A stretch of 64,000 nt of DNA from an uncultured Hormoscilla sp. (GTDB lineage Bacteria; Cyanobacteriota; Cyanobacteriia; Cyanobacteriales; Desertifilaceae): positions 544,001 to 608,000 of the forward strand of contig OZ001293.3 in assembly GCA_963921275.4 (NCBI GenBank). The letters run 5' to 3'. Below the pieces are notes generated by a model. That model saw nothing but the letters and a program-made list of their open reading frames with translations. It had not been told where the DNA came from and searched no databases. A program made the translations under genes and the position numbers. Below, piece by piece: positions 13,042-25,061 of the stretch (the first letter of the stretch is position 1; each line of letters starts with the position of its first letter).

Positions 13042-13602
13042 GTGATGGCTTACCTCATGCTTTCTGCGAAAATGCCTCCTTTTGACCGGATGTTCGTAGT
13101 AAGCACTTCAGTGCTTCCGATTTTTCCGGAACGGTGCGCGAGAACACTAAAGTGTTTACTACTGTTGCTATCCTGGGCCATGACGATCGCGGTGGCGAAC
13201 TACGCCCTTCCCGCTCGTCCCCAAACGACCAGTCCTAGCAACCAAAGTAGCGCCATTACCCTGCGATCGGACATTCAAGAAGCCAATGCCAAGACCGGCG
13301 TAGTGACAGCTCGCGGTAACGTACAAATCATTTATCCGACGCGAGAAATCAGGGCAACCGCTGCTCAAGCTCAATATTTCAGCCACGAACGTCGCATCGT
13401 CCTCACTGGCAATGTTTATGTTATCCAGTCGGGCAATAGCCTCCGGGCCGAAAACGTCACCTACCTAATTGATGAAGGACGATTTATCGCCCAACCCTTG
13501 GACAACAACCAGGTAGAATCAATCTATATCGTGCCCGAAGCAGACGCGACAGCTGACAGTACGGCAACCCCAAGACTAAATTTGCCAAGTAGTCAACCTT
13601 AA
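13042..13602 (+). CDS. lptA: LptA/OstA family protein
   Basis: ITLRSDIQEANAKTGVVTARGNVQI; lies upstream of lptB; start uncertain. Confidence 0.8.
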   Translation: MMAYLMLSAKMPPFDRMFVVSTSVLPIFPERCARTLKCLLLLLSWAMTIAVANYALPARPQTTSPSNQSSAITLRSDIQEANAKTGVVTARGNVQIIYPTREIRATAAQAQYFSHERRIVLTGNVYVIQSGNSLRAENVTYLIDEGRFIAQPLDNNQVESIYIVPEADATADSTATPRLNLPSSQP

Positions 13603-13750
13603 GATAGAACTACAGAATTGAGAATAGAAAATAGAAAATAGAAAAGGTCGAAGGTCGAATTAGCAATTATACTTTGAAAGGGATTGCGCTGCGCGCACCG
13701 ACAGGCTACCGGTCCTACGCGAACGACTTGAGCGGTAGGTCGAAGAACGT

Positions 13751-13936
13751 GTCATTGCGAGGGGGGGCTCCCAAAACCGTAACTGCGATCAGCACCATAG
13801 TCCGACCCCCCCGAAGCAATCTCCTGCTCAGCACGCGGAGATTACTAGCCCTCCTGGCGTCGGGCAGCTGCGCTAACGGGGGGGTAGCTACTCAAAAAGC
13901 ATAAGGATATCTCAATTATCCCCCCCTCGCAATGAC
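13751..13936. repeat. REP-like element GTCATTGCGAG..GCAATCTC..GAGATT..CTCGCAATGAC
   Basis: Nested inverted repeats; second copy at 36890-37195. Confidence 0.7.
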
Positions 13937-14121
13937 ATATTTACAGCCTTCATATGCGCAGTTTATGACCGTTCGATGTCTCTGGGGTAGTGCGAGGTGT
14001 CCCCCCTTTTGTGCTTTTAGCGCTCCCGGGGGACACCGAAAGCGTCCCCTCTGGGGGACATCCAAAGAGTATAGCAATTAGCAATTAGCCATTGACTATT
14101 ATCCTTTGACTATTAGCAGAT

Positions 14122-14850
14122 GTGAAAATTGGACTGGAAAATATTCATAAATCCTATGGACAGCGCGTCGTGGTAAATCGCGTTAATCTTTCTGTAGCTC
14201 AAGGAGAAGTAGTAGGGCTATTGGGTACTAATGGTGCCGGTAAAACGACAACTTTTTACATTGCTACGGGTTTAGAAAAGCCAAATCAGGGTAAAGTTTG
14301 GCTAGACGATCGCGACATCACTACTGAACCGATACACCAGCGGGCGAAACTGGGTATTGGCTATCTGCCCCAGCAGCCTAGCATTTTTCGCCATCTCAGC
14401 GTACAGGATAATCTGCTGTTGGTGCTAGAACAAACCGGTGTTCCCCGTCGTGAATGGGGTTCCCGTCTATATCAGTTACTCCGGGAGTTTCGCCTGGAAA
14501 AGGTCGCTGCTACCCCTGGTATTCAAGTTTCCGGAGGCGAACGGCGACGCACTGAACTGGCACGAGTCCTGGCCGCTGGTCGCGATCGACCTAAGTTTTT
14601 ACTCTTGGATGAACCCTTTGCTGGAGTAGACCCGATCTCCGTTTCCGAAATTCAAGAAATTGTCCAAAAGTTGCGAGATCGGCAGATCGGCATTCTGATC
14701 ACCGACCACAATGTCCGCGAAACCCTAGCCATCACAGATAGAGCTTATATTATGCGAGAAGGAAAAATACTGGCATCTGGTAGCGCAGAGGAACTCTATG
14801 AAAACCCCTTGGTGCGACAATATTATTTAGGTGATAAATTTAAGCGATAA
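14122..14850 (+). CDS. lptB: LPS export ABC ATPase
   Basis: Walker A GTNGAGKTT, SGGERRR, LLLDEPFAGVDP and ITDHNVRETL. Confidence 0.95.
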   Translation: MKIGLENIHKSYGQRVVVNRVNLSVAQGEVVGLLGTNGAGKTTTFYIATGLEKPNQGKVWLDDRDITTEPIHQRAKLGIGYLPQQPSIFRHLSVQDNLLLVLEQTGVPRREWGSRLYQLLREFRLEKVAATPGIQVSGGERRRTELARVLAAGRDRPKFLLLDEPFAGVDPISVSEIQEIVQKLRDRQIGILITDHNVRETLAITDRAYIMREGKILASGSAEELYENPLVRQYYLGDKFKR

Positions 14851-14931
14851 TTAAAAATGGAGAATTTAAAATGGGAAATTGAGAATGGGAAATTGAGGAT
14901 GGCAATTAGCAATTAACAATTAGCAATCAAC

Positions 14932-16107
14932 ATGATATCTAGTAGTTACAAGGACGCCACTAATCTTCTCAGTGGAATTCTTCCCAGAATTTCGGTTATG
15001 GACCGCTACATAATCTCGGAGTTAGTAGGGCCCTTTTTGTTTGGTGTGGGGGCGTTTTCTTCCATTGGGGTGGCAATAGGATCCCTATTTGAACTGGTGC
15101 GGGAAATCACAGACTCAGAACTGCCGATCACGATCGCCCTCAAAGTCCTGTTGCTACAGATGCCCTATTTCATCTCGCTGGCCCTACCCACTGCGATGTT
15201 GCTAGCAACTTTAATCGGTTACTGTCGCCTATCTAGCGACAGTGAATTAATTGCTTTACGCAGCTGTGGGATAAGTATCTATCGCTTAGTGCTACCTGCC
15301 CTGATCGTAAGTCTGCTCGTGACAGGAGTGAACTTTACCTTTAACGAATTAGTAGTACCTGCCGCCCGTTTTGAGGCCGCCATTACCCTAGAGAAAGCCC
15401 TGAAGAAAGAAAAGCCGAACTTTCGAGAAAGTAATATATTTTATCCCGAATATGGCAATATCAAAAGACCAGATGGAAAAAAAATCAGGATCCTCGCCCG
15501 GTTATTCTATGCCGAACAGTTTGACGGTCAGCAAATGAGCGGCTTGACTATTATCGATCGCTCTCACGGTCAATTAAATCAAATAATAGTATCGCAATCA
15601 GCTGCCTGGAACCCGACAGAAAACATCTGGGATTTTTTTAACGGGACAATTTATCTAGTAGATCCAGATGGTTCCTATCGCAATATCATCAAGTTCGATC
15701 AGCAACAGCTGCAACTTCCTCGGGCCCCCTTAGACTTAGCAGCAAGAGGTCGCGACTACGGAGAAATGAACATTGCCCAGTCGAGAGCCTATCTAAAGAT
15801 TATTCAAACGGGCAGAAATGAAAAGAAAATCATCAAGCTGAAAATTAGAATTCAACAAAGATATGCCTTGCCTTTTGCCTGTGTAGCTTTTGGCTTGATG
15901 GGGGCGGCATTGGAAATACAACAGCGCACTGGCAGGGGGACTGGTTTTGGGATTAGTGTCTTAGCTGTGTTTATTTATTATGTGTTGATGTCCATTGGCG
16001 ATGCCCTGGGGTTGAGTGGCATTATCACGCCTTGGATGGCTGGCTGGTTGCCAACTACTTGTGGCTTTGGGGTGGGCCTATTTCTGTTACTTCGCGCTGC
16101 CCGGTAA
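14932..16107 (+). CDS. LptF/LptG family permease
   Basis: MDRYI and RLSSDSELIALRSCG motifs, multiple TM segments, follows lptB. Confidence 0.9.
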   Translation: MISSSYKDATNLLSGILPRISVMDRYIISELVGPFLFGVGAFSSIGVAIGSLFELVREITDSELPITIALKVLLLQMPYFISLALPTAMLLATLIGYCRLSSDSELIALRSCGISIYRLVLPALIVSLLVTGVNFTFNELVVPAARFEAAITLEKALKKEKPNFRESNIFYPEYGNIKRPDGKKIRILARLFYAEQFDGQQMSGLTIIDRSHGQLNQIIVSQSAAWNPTENIWDFFNGTIYLVDPDGSYRNIIKFDQQQLQLPRAPLDLAARGRDYGEMNIAQSRAYLKIIQTGRNEKKIIKLKIRIQQRYALPFACVAFGLMGAALEIQQRTGRGTGFGISVLAVFIYYVLMSIGDALGLSGIITPWMAGWLPTTCGFGVGLFLLLRAAR

Positions 16108-16413
16108 AGAAGTAAGGGTTGGTGGCGAATAGATGAAGTTGGTCTCCGGAATACTCGGAGGGAAATCTGTAGCTAGAGTATGTCTTCATATCGGGGGGAC
16201 TGGTCCTGCTGCATGGGCATTGATGTAAGATCTGCAAGATGCCTGTGTTGGATAGGCTTCTTGTCTGTTGTTGTAGACCAGCAGTAAATAGGGCTGCTTG
16301 TGATAATATTCTCGATGTTAATGGTAACGAGGCTGCAGAGACTAGACTATATCCGAGCACCGGTCCGATGGCCCACTATCTGGATTTTACTTACTGCTGC
16401 TTATACACTGTGA

Positions 16414-18561
16414 ATGTACACGTTTAGAGAGAATGTCATGGAACAAATAGTCAGACCAGTACAAGCAACTCCGCTGATATCTCCAGCGGGTACGATCGTG
16501 AGCTTTGATCTCGAATATACGACTGACCCGGCTAACTCGGGAACGTCGGGTTTGGGACTGCGATTGCATTGGGACTCAACTCAGCTGACTTTCGATAGTC
16601 TGGAGAATGTTTTCGAGGGTGATTTTTTGGCAACCGGGACGCCGATTGATGATACTGATGATTTGGATGGCGATCCAAATACGGATAGGTTGATTATCGT
16701 TAGTTGGGTAGATTTTACTGGCGGAACTTGGCCAAATGACCCCTCAACTCTGCCAGTGGTACTCTACACGGCAAACTTCACGACATCACGGGATTTTGCG
16801 GACGCGACAACGCTTAATTTTACGGCCTCATCCACATCACCGGGTTTCGAGTTAGTTCCCTCTCCTGTAATTATCCAGGAAGAAGAAGTCTTACCTCCAG
16901 CAATAGTCATGATCGCAGCCCGGGCTACCGATCCTACCGCAGCCGAGGAAGGTGGAGACCCGGGGACATTTACCATCTCCCGTACAGGCAGCGCCACCGA
17001 AGCGCTAACAGTCCAGTACAGCGTGGCCGGTTCTGCTGAGGCCGCAGACTATAGTGCAGAACTGACAGGCACCGCCACTATGGCAGCTGGTCAATCTTCG
17101 GTGGAGATTACTATTACTCCCATTGACGACGATGAACTAGAAGGGCCAGAGACAGTAGAGCTGACCATAATAGATGCAGCTGACTATGACTTGAGTGCTG
17201 AAACCGTGGCCACTGTGACTATTGCAGACAATGAAGATGCGATCGTACCTCCAGCCATAGCCACAGTCGCAGTCCAGGCCACCGATCCCATAGCGGCCGA
17301 AGAAGGCAGCGACCCAGCCACATTCACCATCACCCGCACAGGTAGCACCACCGAGGCCCTGCCAGTCCAGTACAGCCTGACCCGCACTACAGAGACCACC
17401 GGTAGCACCACTGAACAGACCAGCATCGTTATCATACCCGCAGGCCAATCATCAACAGAAGTCGTCATTGCTCCCGTTGACGACGATATACCAGAAGGTC
17501 TAGAGACAATAGAGCTGGCCATAATAGACACAGCCGACTATGATCTAAGCACCGAATCCGTAGCCACCATAACCATCACCGACAACGATGCAAACACAAA
17601 TGGCCGCAGCGAAGGTCCAGACTTGGCCATCAGCATCACAGACGCGCCAGACCAAGCCCGAGAAGCTAATCTGCTGACTTACACCCTGACTGTGATCAAT
17701 GAAGGAGACAGGGCCGCAACCGATATCGTAGTCGAGAATACCTTGCCCTTTGGCTTCCGGACCACTGATATAGGTGCCGGTAACTTCACAGCCAGTCAAA
17801 CTGGTAACGTGATTACCTTCACAGGTGGTAGCCTAGATGCTGGAGCCAACGCCATGCTGACGATCGCAGGTACAGCTCCCACAACCGGCCCATTACCCAT
17901 AACAGTCAATAACCGAGCCGAGGTGGACCCCGATAACGCGATCGCGGAAGGTGACGAAACCAATAACGTTGCCACAGAAACCACCACAGTAACGCCGCTA
18001 GCCGACCCGCTTGAGATCCCGGGCACAGACGGCGACGATCAGCTGATCGGCACCCAAGTCAGCGATCTCATAGAAGGCCGAGCAGGAAATGACTTGATCA
18101 TAGGTGTGGCCAGTGCCGACTTGTTAAGTGGCGGAGCCGATAACGACAACATCTTTGGCCAACTGGGTAACGACATACTCAATGGCGGTTCAGGAGACGA
18201 CACGCTCAATGGGGGTGAAGGCAACGATACACTTAGCGGCGGCCCTGGCAAAGACTTCCTCGAAGGAGGTCCAGACGGTGATGCCTTCGCGCTGCCAAAT
18301 GCCACAGGAATCACCAACATCGATCAGGCAGATGTGATCTTGGCCTATCAGGTAGGTTTTGATACGATCCTCCTGACAGAGGGGCTAACCTTCGAAGACC
18401 TACGTCTGGAGCCAACACGGCTCACCATAGAATTCGGAAGTCAGACATTCACCGCAGAAAGCACAGCCATCATCAATACCTCGTCGAATGACATCTTAGC
18501 AGTCGTTTTCGAGGTGACACCTGACCGGATAATGGACGGTAGTGACTTCGTTCCTGTATAA
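16414..18561 (+). CDS. Secreted acidic protein: cohesin-like domain, 2x Calx-beta, DUF11, RTX Ca-binding repeats
   Basis: GLGLRLHWDSTQL..WPND..LYTANFT, Calx-beta repeats, DLAISITD..LTYTLTVIN and GGxGxD nonamers; likely start 16438. Confidence 0.75.
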   Translation: MYTFRENVMEQIVRPVQATPLISPAGTIVSFDLEYTTDPANSGTSGLGLRLHWDSTQLTFDSLENVFEGDFLATGTPIDDTDDLDGDPNTDRLIIVSWVDFTGGTWPNDPSTLPVVLYTANFTTSRDFADATTLNFTASSTSPGFELVPSPVIIQEEEVLPPAIVMIAARATDPTAAEEGGDPGTFTISRTGSATEALTVQYSVAGSAEAADYSAELTGTATMAAGQSSVEITITPIDDDELEGPETVELTIIDAADYDLSAETVATVTIADNEDAIVPPAIATVAVQATDPIAAEEGSDPATFTITRTGSTTEALPVQYSLTRTTETTGSTTEQTSIVIIPAGQSSTEVVIAPVDDDIPEGLETIELAIIDTADYDLSTESVATITITDNDANTNGRSEGPDLAISITDAPDQAREANLLTYTLTVINEGDRAATDIVVENTLPFGFRTTDIGAGNFTASQTGNVITFTGGSLDAGANAMLTIAGTAPTTGPLPITVNNRAEVDPDNAIAEGDETNNVATETTTVTPLADPLEIPGTDGDDQLIGTQVSDLIEGRAGNDLIIGVASADLLSGGADNDNIFGQLGNDILNGGSGDDTLNGGEGNDTLSGGPGKDFLEGGPDGDAFALPNATGITNIDQADVILAYQVGFDTILLTEGLTFEDLRLEPTRLTIEFGSQTFTAESTAIINTSSNDILAVVFEVTPDRIMDGSDFVPV

Positions 18562-18741
18562 GTCGGACTATTCTAAGGGAGTCCCTACCCCTTGACAGAA
18601 AAAGCGATCGCCTTGAAACCCGGTATGAGCAAAAACCCGGGTTTCAAGTGCGATTACGATGTCTCGGCGATGTGCGATTAATGTGCTCCGCTTAGAGGGG
18701 CGAAGGCTAGTGGTTAAAATACTGCGGGGGATTGCAGAAAG

Positions 18742-20656
18742 ATGGACATAGACCAGAATGGGATAATAGATGCATTGACGGACGGCATCCTGATTCTCCG
18801 CTATCTGCTTGGGATCGGAGGTGATGCTCTGACGCAAAACGCGATCGGCCCGCGGACGGTCCGAAAAATCGGACCAGGTGCGATCCGTTCGGATCCCACT
18901 GATGTTGTAGCGTACTTGGAACAGTTGCGCGACAGTTTGTTGGATGTGGATGGTAATGGGTCGGCAGATGCTCTGAACAGACGGTATCCTAATCATTCGT
19001 TATTTGTTTAGGATCTCAGGTGATGCTCTAGTAGATGGCGCGATCGGCCCTAATGCTACCCGTACTACTACAGAGGCGATCGCCTCCTTCCTGGAACAAT
19101 TTAACAGCCACGCAACAGCAGGAATGATAGAATTCTCTCAAGCTAGCTACAGCGTAGACGAGAATGGCGTTAATGCCACGATCGCAGTGACGCGGTCGGG
19201 TGGCAGCGATGGAGAAGTAACGGTTAATTATACTACCTTGGATGGCAACGCGACAGCAGGAGATGATTACATTAGTCAGGAGGGCGTACTCACTTTTGCA
19301 GATGGGGAAACTTTTCAAACCTTTGAGATCTCGATCGCGGACGATGCGGTGGAGGAGCTTGCGGAAACGATCAACTTGGTTTTGTCTAACCCTGTAAATG
19401 GAGCAACTCTGGGAAGCAACGATCGGGCTATACTTACAATAATAAATAATGATCGGTCCGAGAGTAACGGTTTTAATATAGAATTAGACTATCGGTTTGA
19501 TAGCACGGGATTTTTCGATGACCTCGATCGCCGGGCCGCCTTAGCAGCGGTAGCTGAGATCTGGGAGAGTTTTATCCAAGATGATTTTACCAACGTGCCA
19601 GCGGGAATCTCCTTTGCGGTGGAAAATCCGACCACAGGGGAGACGGAAATGGTTGTCTTGGACGCAGAAATTGACGATCTGCTGATCTTTGTAGGGGCCC
19701 GATTGCTCCCGGGTAATACTAGAGCCCAAGCTGGACCGGATGGCGTGAATGCTGTGGGCAGTATTTTCTCCAACCGACTCCAAGGCAGTAATTTTGAACC
19801 TTGGGTGGGGAGTATGACCTTCGCGCAGGAGGCGAATTGGTTTTTTGACCTCACGCCGGAAACAGATGATGACATTCCTTTCGGACAAAGCGACTTTATA
19901 ACTACCGCTTTGCACGAGATCGGACATATTTTGGGCATTGGTATTGCTGATATTTTCCAAGAAATAGGTGCGGGAGCAGCTTTTGATGGTTTTAATGCCA
20001 TAGCTGTCAATGGAGGCGATCCTATTCCTCTAGAAAGTAATTTAGTTCATGTCCAAGATGGGTTTCTGAATAATACTGTGCTGATGGACCCCAGAATTGC
20101 TGCCGGAACGCGGAAATTACCAACTCAGGTTGACTTGGCCCTGTTGGCAGATATTGGCTATGAAATATCAGGCTTTACAGCTCAAGGGGAAACGCCAGCG
20201 ATCGCCACTCCCGAAGATGACGTCACCATCTTCGGCACCATTATAGCTGATACCATCGACGGTTTGGGTGGCTCCGACCAAATTCAAGGCGATCGGGGCG
20301 ACGATCTGCTTGATGGTGGTGACGGAGACGATCTGATCTTTGGCGAAGAAGGTAACGATACTCTTAATGGTGGTGTTGACGATGACATCCTCATCGGTGG
20401 GGAGGGAATAGATACATTTTTCTTTGCCGCCAACAATGGCGCAGATAGGATCGAAGATTTTGATATCGCTGAGGATGCGATCGCCCTAGTAGCTACGCTA
20501 GGTTTTGCTACCGGACAAGATGTGATAGAAGCAATTACGACACGAGGTAATGTTACTGGTGGAGGACGGTTTGCAGTCGTCACCCTCAGCCCGGAAAACC
20601 AAATCATAATTTTAGCTGATAATGATATTACCGCTGCTAATTTTATAATTGTCTGA
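18742..20656 (+). pseudogene. Dockerin-like / Calx-beta / zinc metalloprotease / RTX protein with a +1 frameshift near 18977
   Basis: Two DxDxNGxxDALTDG repeats, the second split by an extra A (GATGCTCTG-A-ACAGACGGT); HEIGHILGIG; RTX repeats. Confidence 0.75.
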
Positions 20657-20724
20657 GGATAAATAAAAATATTATTTTTGATATTGAATTGACAACAGAG
20701 AGAATATAAGGTAAGAGGTGGGCA

Positions 20725-21666
20725 GTGCGAATTGTTTTGGCGTAAGTCTGAAATATGGCGATAGCCGGGCTGGTTAATACCAGCAACTCTGGTCATCATG
20801 GGGGTTCAATTCCCCTTCCCCCAGGTACGGGGGTGACCGCGTGAGGTGCTGCGGAGTAACATTACCGTGGTGCCTCCCGAGGACAAATGTAGGATAAGGT
20901 CTCAGCCCAGAGACCGACGCCGCATGGCTGCGCCACGCTGCGCGATCGGAAAGAGGCTCATGGTTAGAGCAAGCGAATCCCTGTAAGCATCGTCATCTTA
21001 AACAAGCGAAAAGAGGCTGACACGCTTGGTGCAAAATGCGCACGCAGTCCGCGTATCAGTGGTTGCATGTCACTGATATCGTACCCGAAATGACTGCCGG
21101 TGTATAGGGGAGACCTAAAAGCCTCGTGAAATGATACCAGGGAACGTTCCGGACAAGAGCGGTGCTGTCCAGATGGACAAGTCAGATGTGCGTCCGCGTA
21201 GCGTGCGCGCAGCGCCTAGCGCATGCCCGCGTGGGGAGGGAGGTCCTAAGAAGCTAATGCCCGGGGTAATGCCTGTGGATATGCAGACGTAGGACGGATA
21301 TGGTAAAAAGCTCTAGGAGATAGTAGCCCTCTAAACGTGCTTAACCAGTGGCAACACTAGGTAGTAATGATGGACTGAAATCCTAACCGGGTAAAAAATT
21401 TAGAGGCCCCATACGGGCACCTGTTAGTAAAGAACGGTCATAGTGGTTTTCTAGTTCTCCCCCGTAAACCTTCCGGAGTTAGGTACTCAACTAGTTCATG
21501 ACTGACCATAAAGGGGCTATATTTCATAGGGCAAGGGACAACGGGAGTAATCTCTAGTAATCCTACCCGTGACAAGGGTTTACCAACCAGTAGCCGTGTG
21601 CGGTGAAAGTCGCTCTTCAGGTTCCGAATGGGAGGATTGTCCCGCGAGGGACAGCTCGACCCCGAC
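20725..21666 (+). mobile_element. ORF-less group II intron (intron 2, 942 nt), intergenic, partly degenerate
   Basis: 5' GTGCG; DV AGCCGTGTGCGGTGAAAGTCGCTCTTCAGGTTC (with mismatches) at ~21592; DVI ending CTCGACCCCGAC; DI homologous to intron 1. Confidence 0.88.
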
Positions 21667-23305
21667 CATACTCCCTGTCAACAGAAAATAATTATTAATT
21701 AAATATAGAAGTAGCCGATAAGCGAATGAAACTATAGGAGTGAAAAAAATGGATATAATTTACGGGACGGCTGGAAATGATGCGATCGTCGGTACAGCAG
21801 AGAATGACATCATAGTTGCCAGAGCTGGAAATGACGATCGTGTTTCCCTTTCAAGGAGATGACGATCGTGATTGCCAGCACGGGTAATGACTCGATAGAC
21901 GGTGGCGAAGGTGATGATATCATCAGATCGGGTCCAGGTAATGACCAGCTTGATGGTGAAAACGGTAATGATATTCTCGATGGAGACCAAAACAGAGATA
22001 CATTAACAGGAGGTCCGGGCAGAGATATATTTGTGCTCAGTTCAGGAGAATATCTGATTAGGGACTTTGTTGATGGTGAAGATTTGCTCGGGTTATCAGA
22101 TGGTATAACCTTTAATCAGCTGCTGATATCTACAGGAATTGGTGCTAATGCAGGGGACACGAATATTCTGCGTAACGGTAAAGTATTGGCAAGATTAGAA
22201 AATGTTAACCCCAGGAAGATCGATCGGAATGATTTTACCACGAACCTGACACCAATATCAACACCGACACCGACACGCTGCGCTAACACCGACACCGACA
22301 CACAGCTACGCCTGCGCTATCAAATCCAGGCAGATTAGCATTTTCTCAACCTACCTACAATGTCAGGGAAAATGTACTCACTGCTACAATTACAGTCGCG
22401 CGATCGGGTGGTAGCGATGGTGCAGTTAGCGCAAATTATAGCACTTTCAATGGCACAGCTACAGCGGGATCGGATTATTTGTCTACATCAGGGAGACTGA
22501 ATTTTGCTGATGGAGAGACTAGGAAAACTTTTACCATCTCTATCCGGGATGATAATGTGGTTGAGGGGAACGAGACTGTTAACTTGCTTTTGAGCAACCC
22601 TAGGGGTGGGGGAGATCTAGGGACGCAAAATACTGCTACGATCCCTTCGGGATGCATGGCAAAAACCCCTCAGGCATCGCTCTGACAATTGTAGATGCCG
22701 AACCCATCAGTTCTGGCATTAACATTGGACCAACAGCACAAGAGCAGGAAATGATGGAGATGCTCAACCGGATGTGCTTCGATGTCTGAGGGATGCATGG
22801 CAAAAACCCCTCAGACATCGCGAACCCATCTGGAGAGTTGGGCATTTTGGTTAACAGTCTTAACCCCATCTCTTCACCAGATCCGGATGTCAACAGGGTG
22901 CTCAATTTCTTTAATGTTGATGGTAATCTATTGGCATCCCAGTGGAGCAGTCTGACCCCAGCACCCCCACTTGCTTGGTCTGAAGAGCTGCACGATGCTG
23001 CTAGCGGTCATGGCCAGCAGATAATTGCTTGGGATCGACAGTCCCATCAACTCCCTGGCGAGCAGCCTTTAGGCCAGCGGATTGCTAATGCTGGGTATAA
23101 TAATGTTTCTGGCTATGCTGAGAATATCTTTGCTTTCTCAGAGTCGGTCTTCTACGGTCACGCTGGGTTGGCGATACTGCTGCGCAGTCGCTGCGCGAAC
23201 GACTGGGATGACAGCTTGACGGGGATCCAAAACCCGCCCATCGATGCCTTCCGGACGCACGGCGAAAACCCGGAAGGCATCGCACCGTAATATTATGATG
23301 AGCAG

Positions 23306-25061
23306 GTGCGATTCGTTTAACGTAAATTTCACCGGTGATAACCGGTAAAAGGGACCGCTAGCAGGGTAACACAAAACCCTGACAACTTACAGATGATGGT
23401 GGTGAAAGCCCACCCCTCCAGGTGTAGGAGTGACAGCACATTCCCGACGGTAGCGATGGCATCAATCCGTAAAGCGGGAATGAAAGGCGACTGGTAGCCT
23501 ACACCGGTCCGATACCTGAGGGGTTGCCTGCGTTGCATCCCGAAGGCATCGAAGCCAAGCAAGTAGCCATGATGAGCATAAAGCAAAGATTTGCAGCGTC
23601 GTAACATAAAACCAGTGAAATAAGGCTGACGGCCCAAAAGGGAAAGGATACAGGTCGCTGGCGGTTCTGCTCACCGACCAGTAAGCACCGACAACAAACC
23701 CGGCGTAAGGAATCCATCCTTAGCTACAACTAATCACCTGTAGGAACGAAGTAACCTGATCATGTACTCTCTATCGAGTCGGTGCGATTCGTTCTAGCCT
23801 AACGTGGTCAAACACGGAACGCTAGCCCGGTTTCATTAGCCGGGAACTCTGACCGCATGGGGGTTAAATTCCCCTCCCCCCAGGTACGGGGGTGACACCG
23901 GTCCTCGGTGCTACGAAGCGACATCATCGTGGTGCTAAGCGAGGACTCAAATGTAGGATAACTGGCAGCCTAAGCCGGTGACGCCGCTAGGAAAGATATC
24001 CAAGGTTAGAGCAGGCAAACATGTGCAAGCCTCGTTATAAGGAACCAGCGAAATAAGGCTATATGCGCTGGCCTAAAAAGGAAATGGTAGCTAGTATTAG
24101 TTTTAGACTCTGGCTAATATAGTACTCAAATAGCTCCCGGGGTATAGTGTGGACCTAAAGGTATCGCGAAATGTTGTTAGGGAACGAAGTAACCTCTCGT
24201 GTGCTGTCCATCAGGACAAGTTAGATGTTAAGCGCAAGCCACGGGGGGAGGGATGGCCCAAGAAGCGAATGCCCGGGGTAATTCCTGGGATAACATCTAC
24301 AGTAATGTAGATGATGCTGGGTAGCCAGCGCTGACGTGGGTCGGTGATACTAGGAAGCTGCTGGAATGAGTAATCCTAAAAAGCCACGGAACTAATCCGA
24401 AACGCAAGTGGAGGATAAGGTATGGATAACTGGTAAAACTGACTTGAAAATGGTGATACTAACGGTTATCAGAACAACCACTCGCTAAACCAGGAAAGGG
24501 AAGAAAAGACAGGCGGCAAGGGCTAACGGAAGTAATTCCTATTAAGTCTACCTATGAAAAGGGCCTAGTACCCAGTAGCCGGATGTGGTGAAAATCGCAA
24601 GTCCGGTTCCTCAAGGGAGGGTCGGGAAGCGATTCCCGGCTCGACCCCATCCATAGCCACCAAAGGCGCAACCTCTGCCTTCATCAGGCAGGTCATGATT
24701 AGGAAGGATTTCGTGGAGAAGCAAACGCCTATCTGTAATGGACAGGATAAGCCGACCACGGTAATGTCAAATGTGAAGTTGTAAGTAGCAGTAAAAACCT
24801 TATGAGCACGGTAATCAAACCAATGAATGAATGGAGGACAACCCCCCCTGGCGAAAGCTGGAAAGGAAAGTCTTTTGCTTCTGAGAATTTACAGAGCGGC
24901 ACAACGTGGCGACAACTGCTACGATGTAAAAAAAACTGCCAGCGATGGTAGTCGCCGTATCCATGACAGGGATGGCATTACTGAGGAGCCGGATGAGGTG
25001 AAAAGCAGATCGTCCGGTTCTGAAGACGAGACGGGGTGGCAACACCCTGGCTTAGTTTAAC
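23306..25061 (+). mobile_element. ORF-less group II intron, outer member of twintron (887 nt without the inner intron)
   Basis: 5' GTGCG; EBS1 CTGCTC pairs perfectly with exon end GAGCAG; DV GAGCCGGATGAGGTGAAAAGCAGATCGTCCGGTTC at ~24986; 3' end TTTAAC; removal gives in-frame AG|G. Confidence 0.9.
23782..24650 (+). mobile_element. ORF-less group II intron, inner member of twintron (869 nt)
   Basis: 5' GTGCG; DV at ~24577-24609; 3' CTCGACCCCAT; near-identical to 29872-30740. Confidence 0.93.

Noticed and set aside
23306..25061. Intron-encoded RT/maturase, or the short ORFs listed within the introns
   Set aside because: No RT motifs (e.g. YADD) in any listed ORF; the short ORFs are incidental to structured RNA
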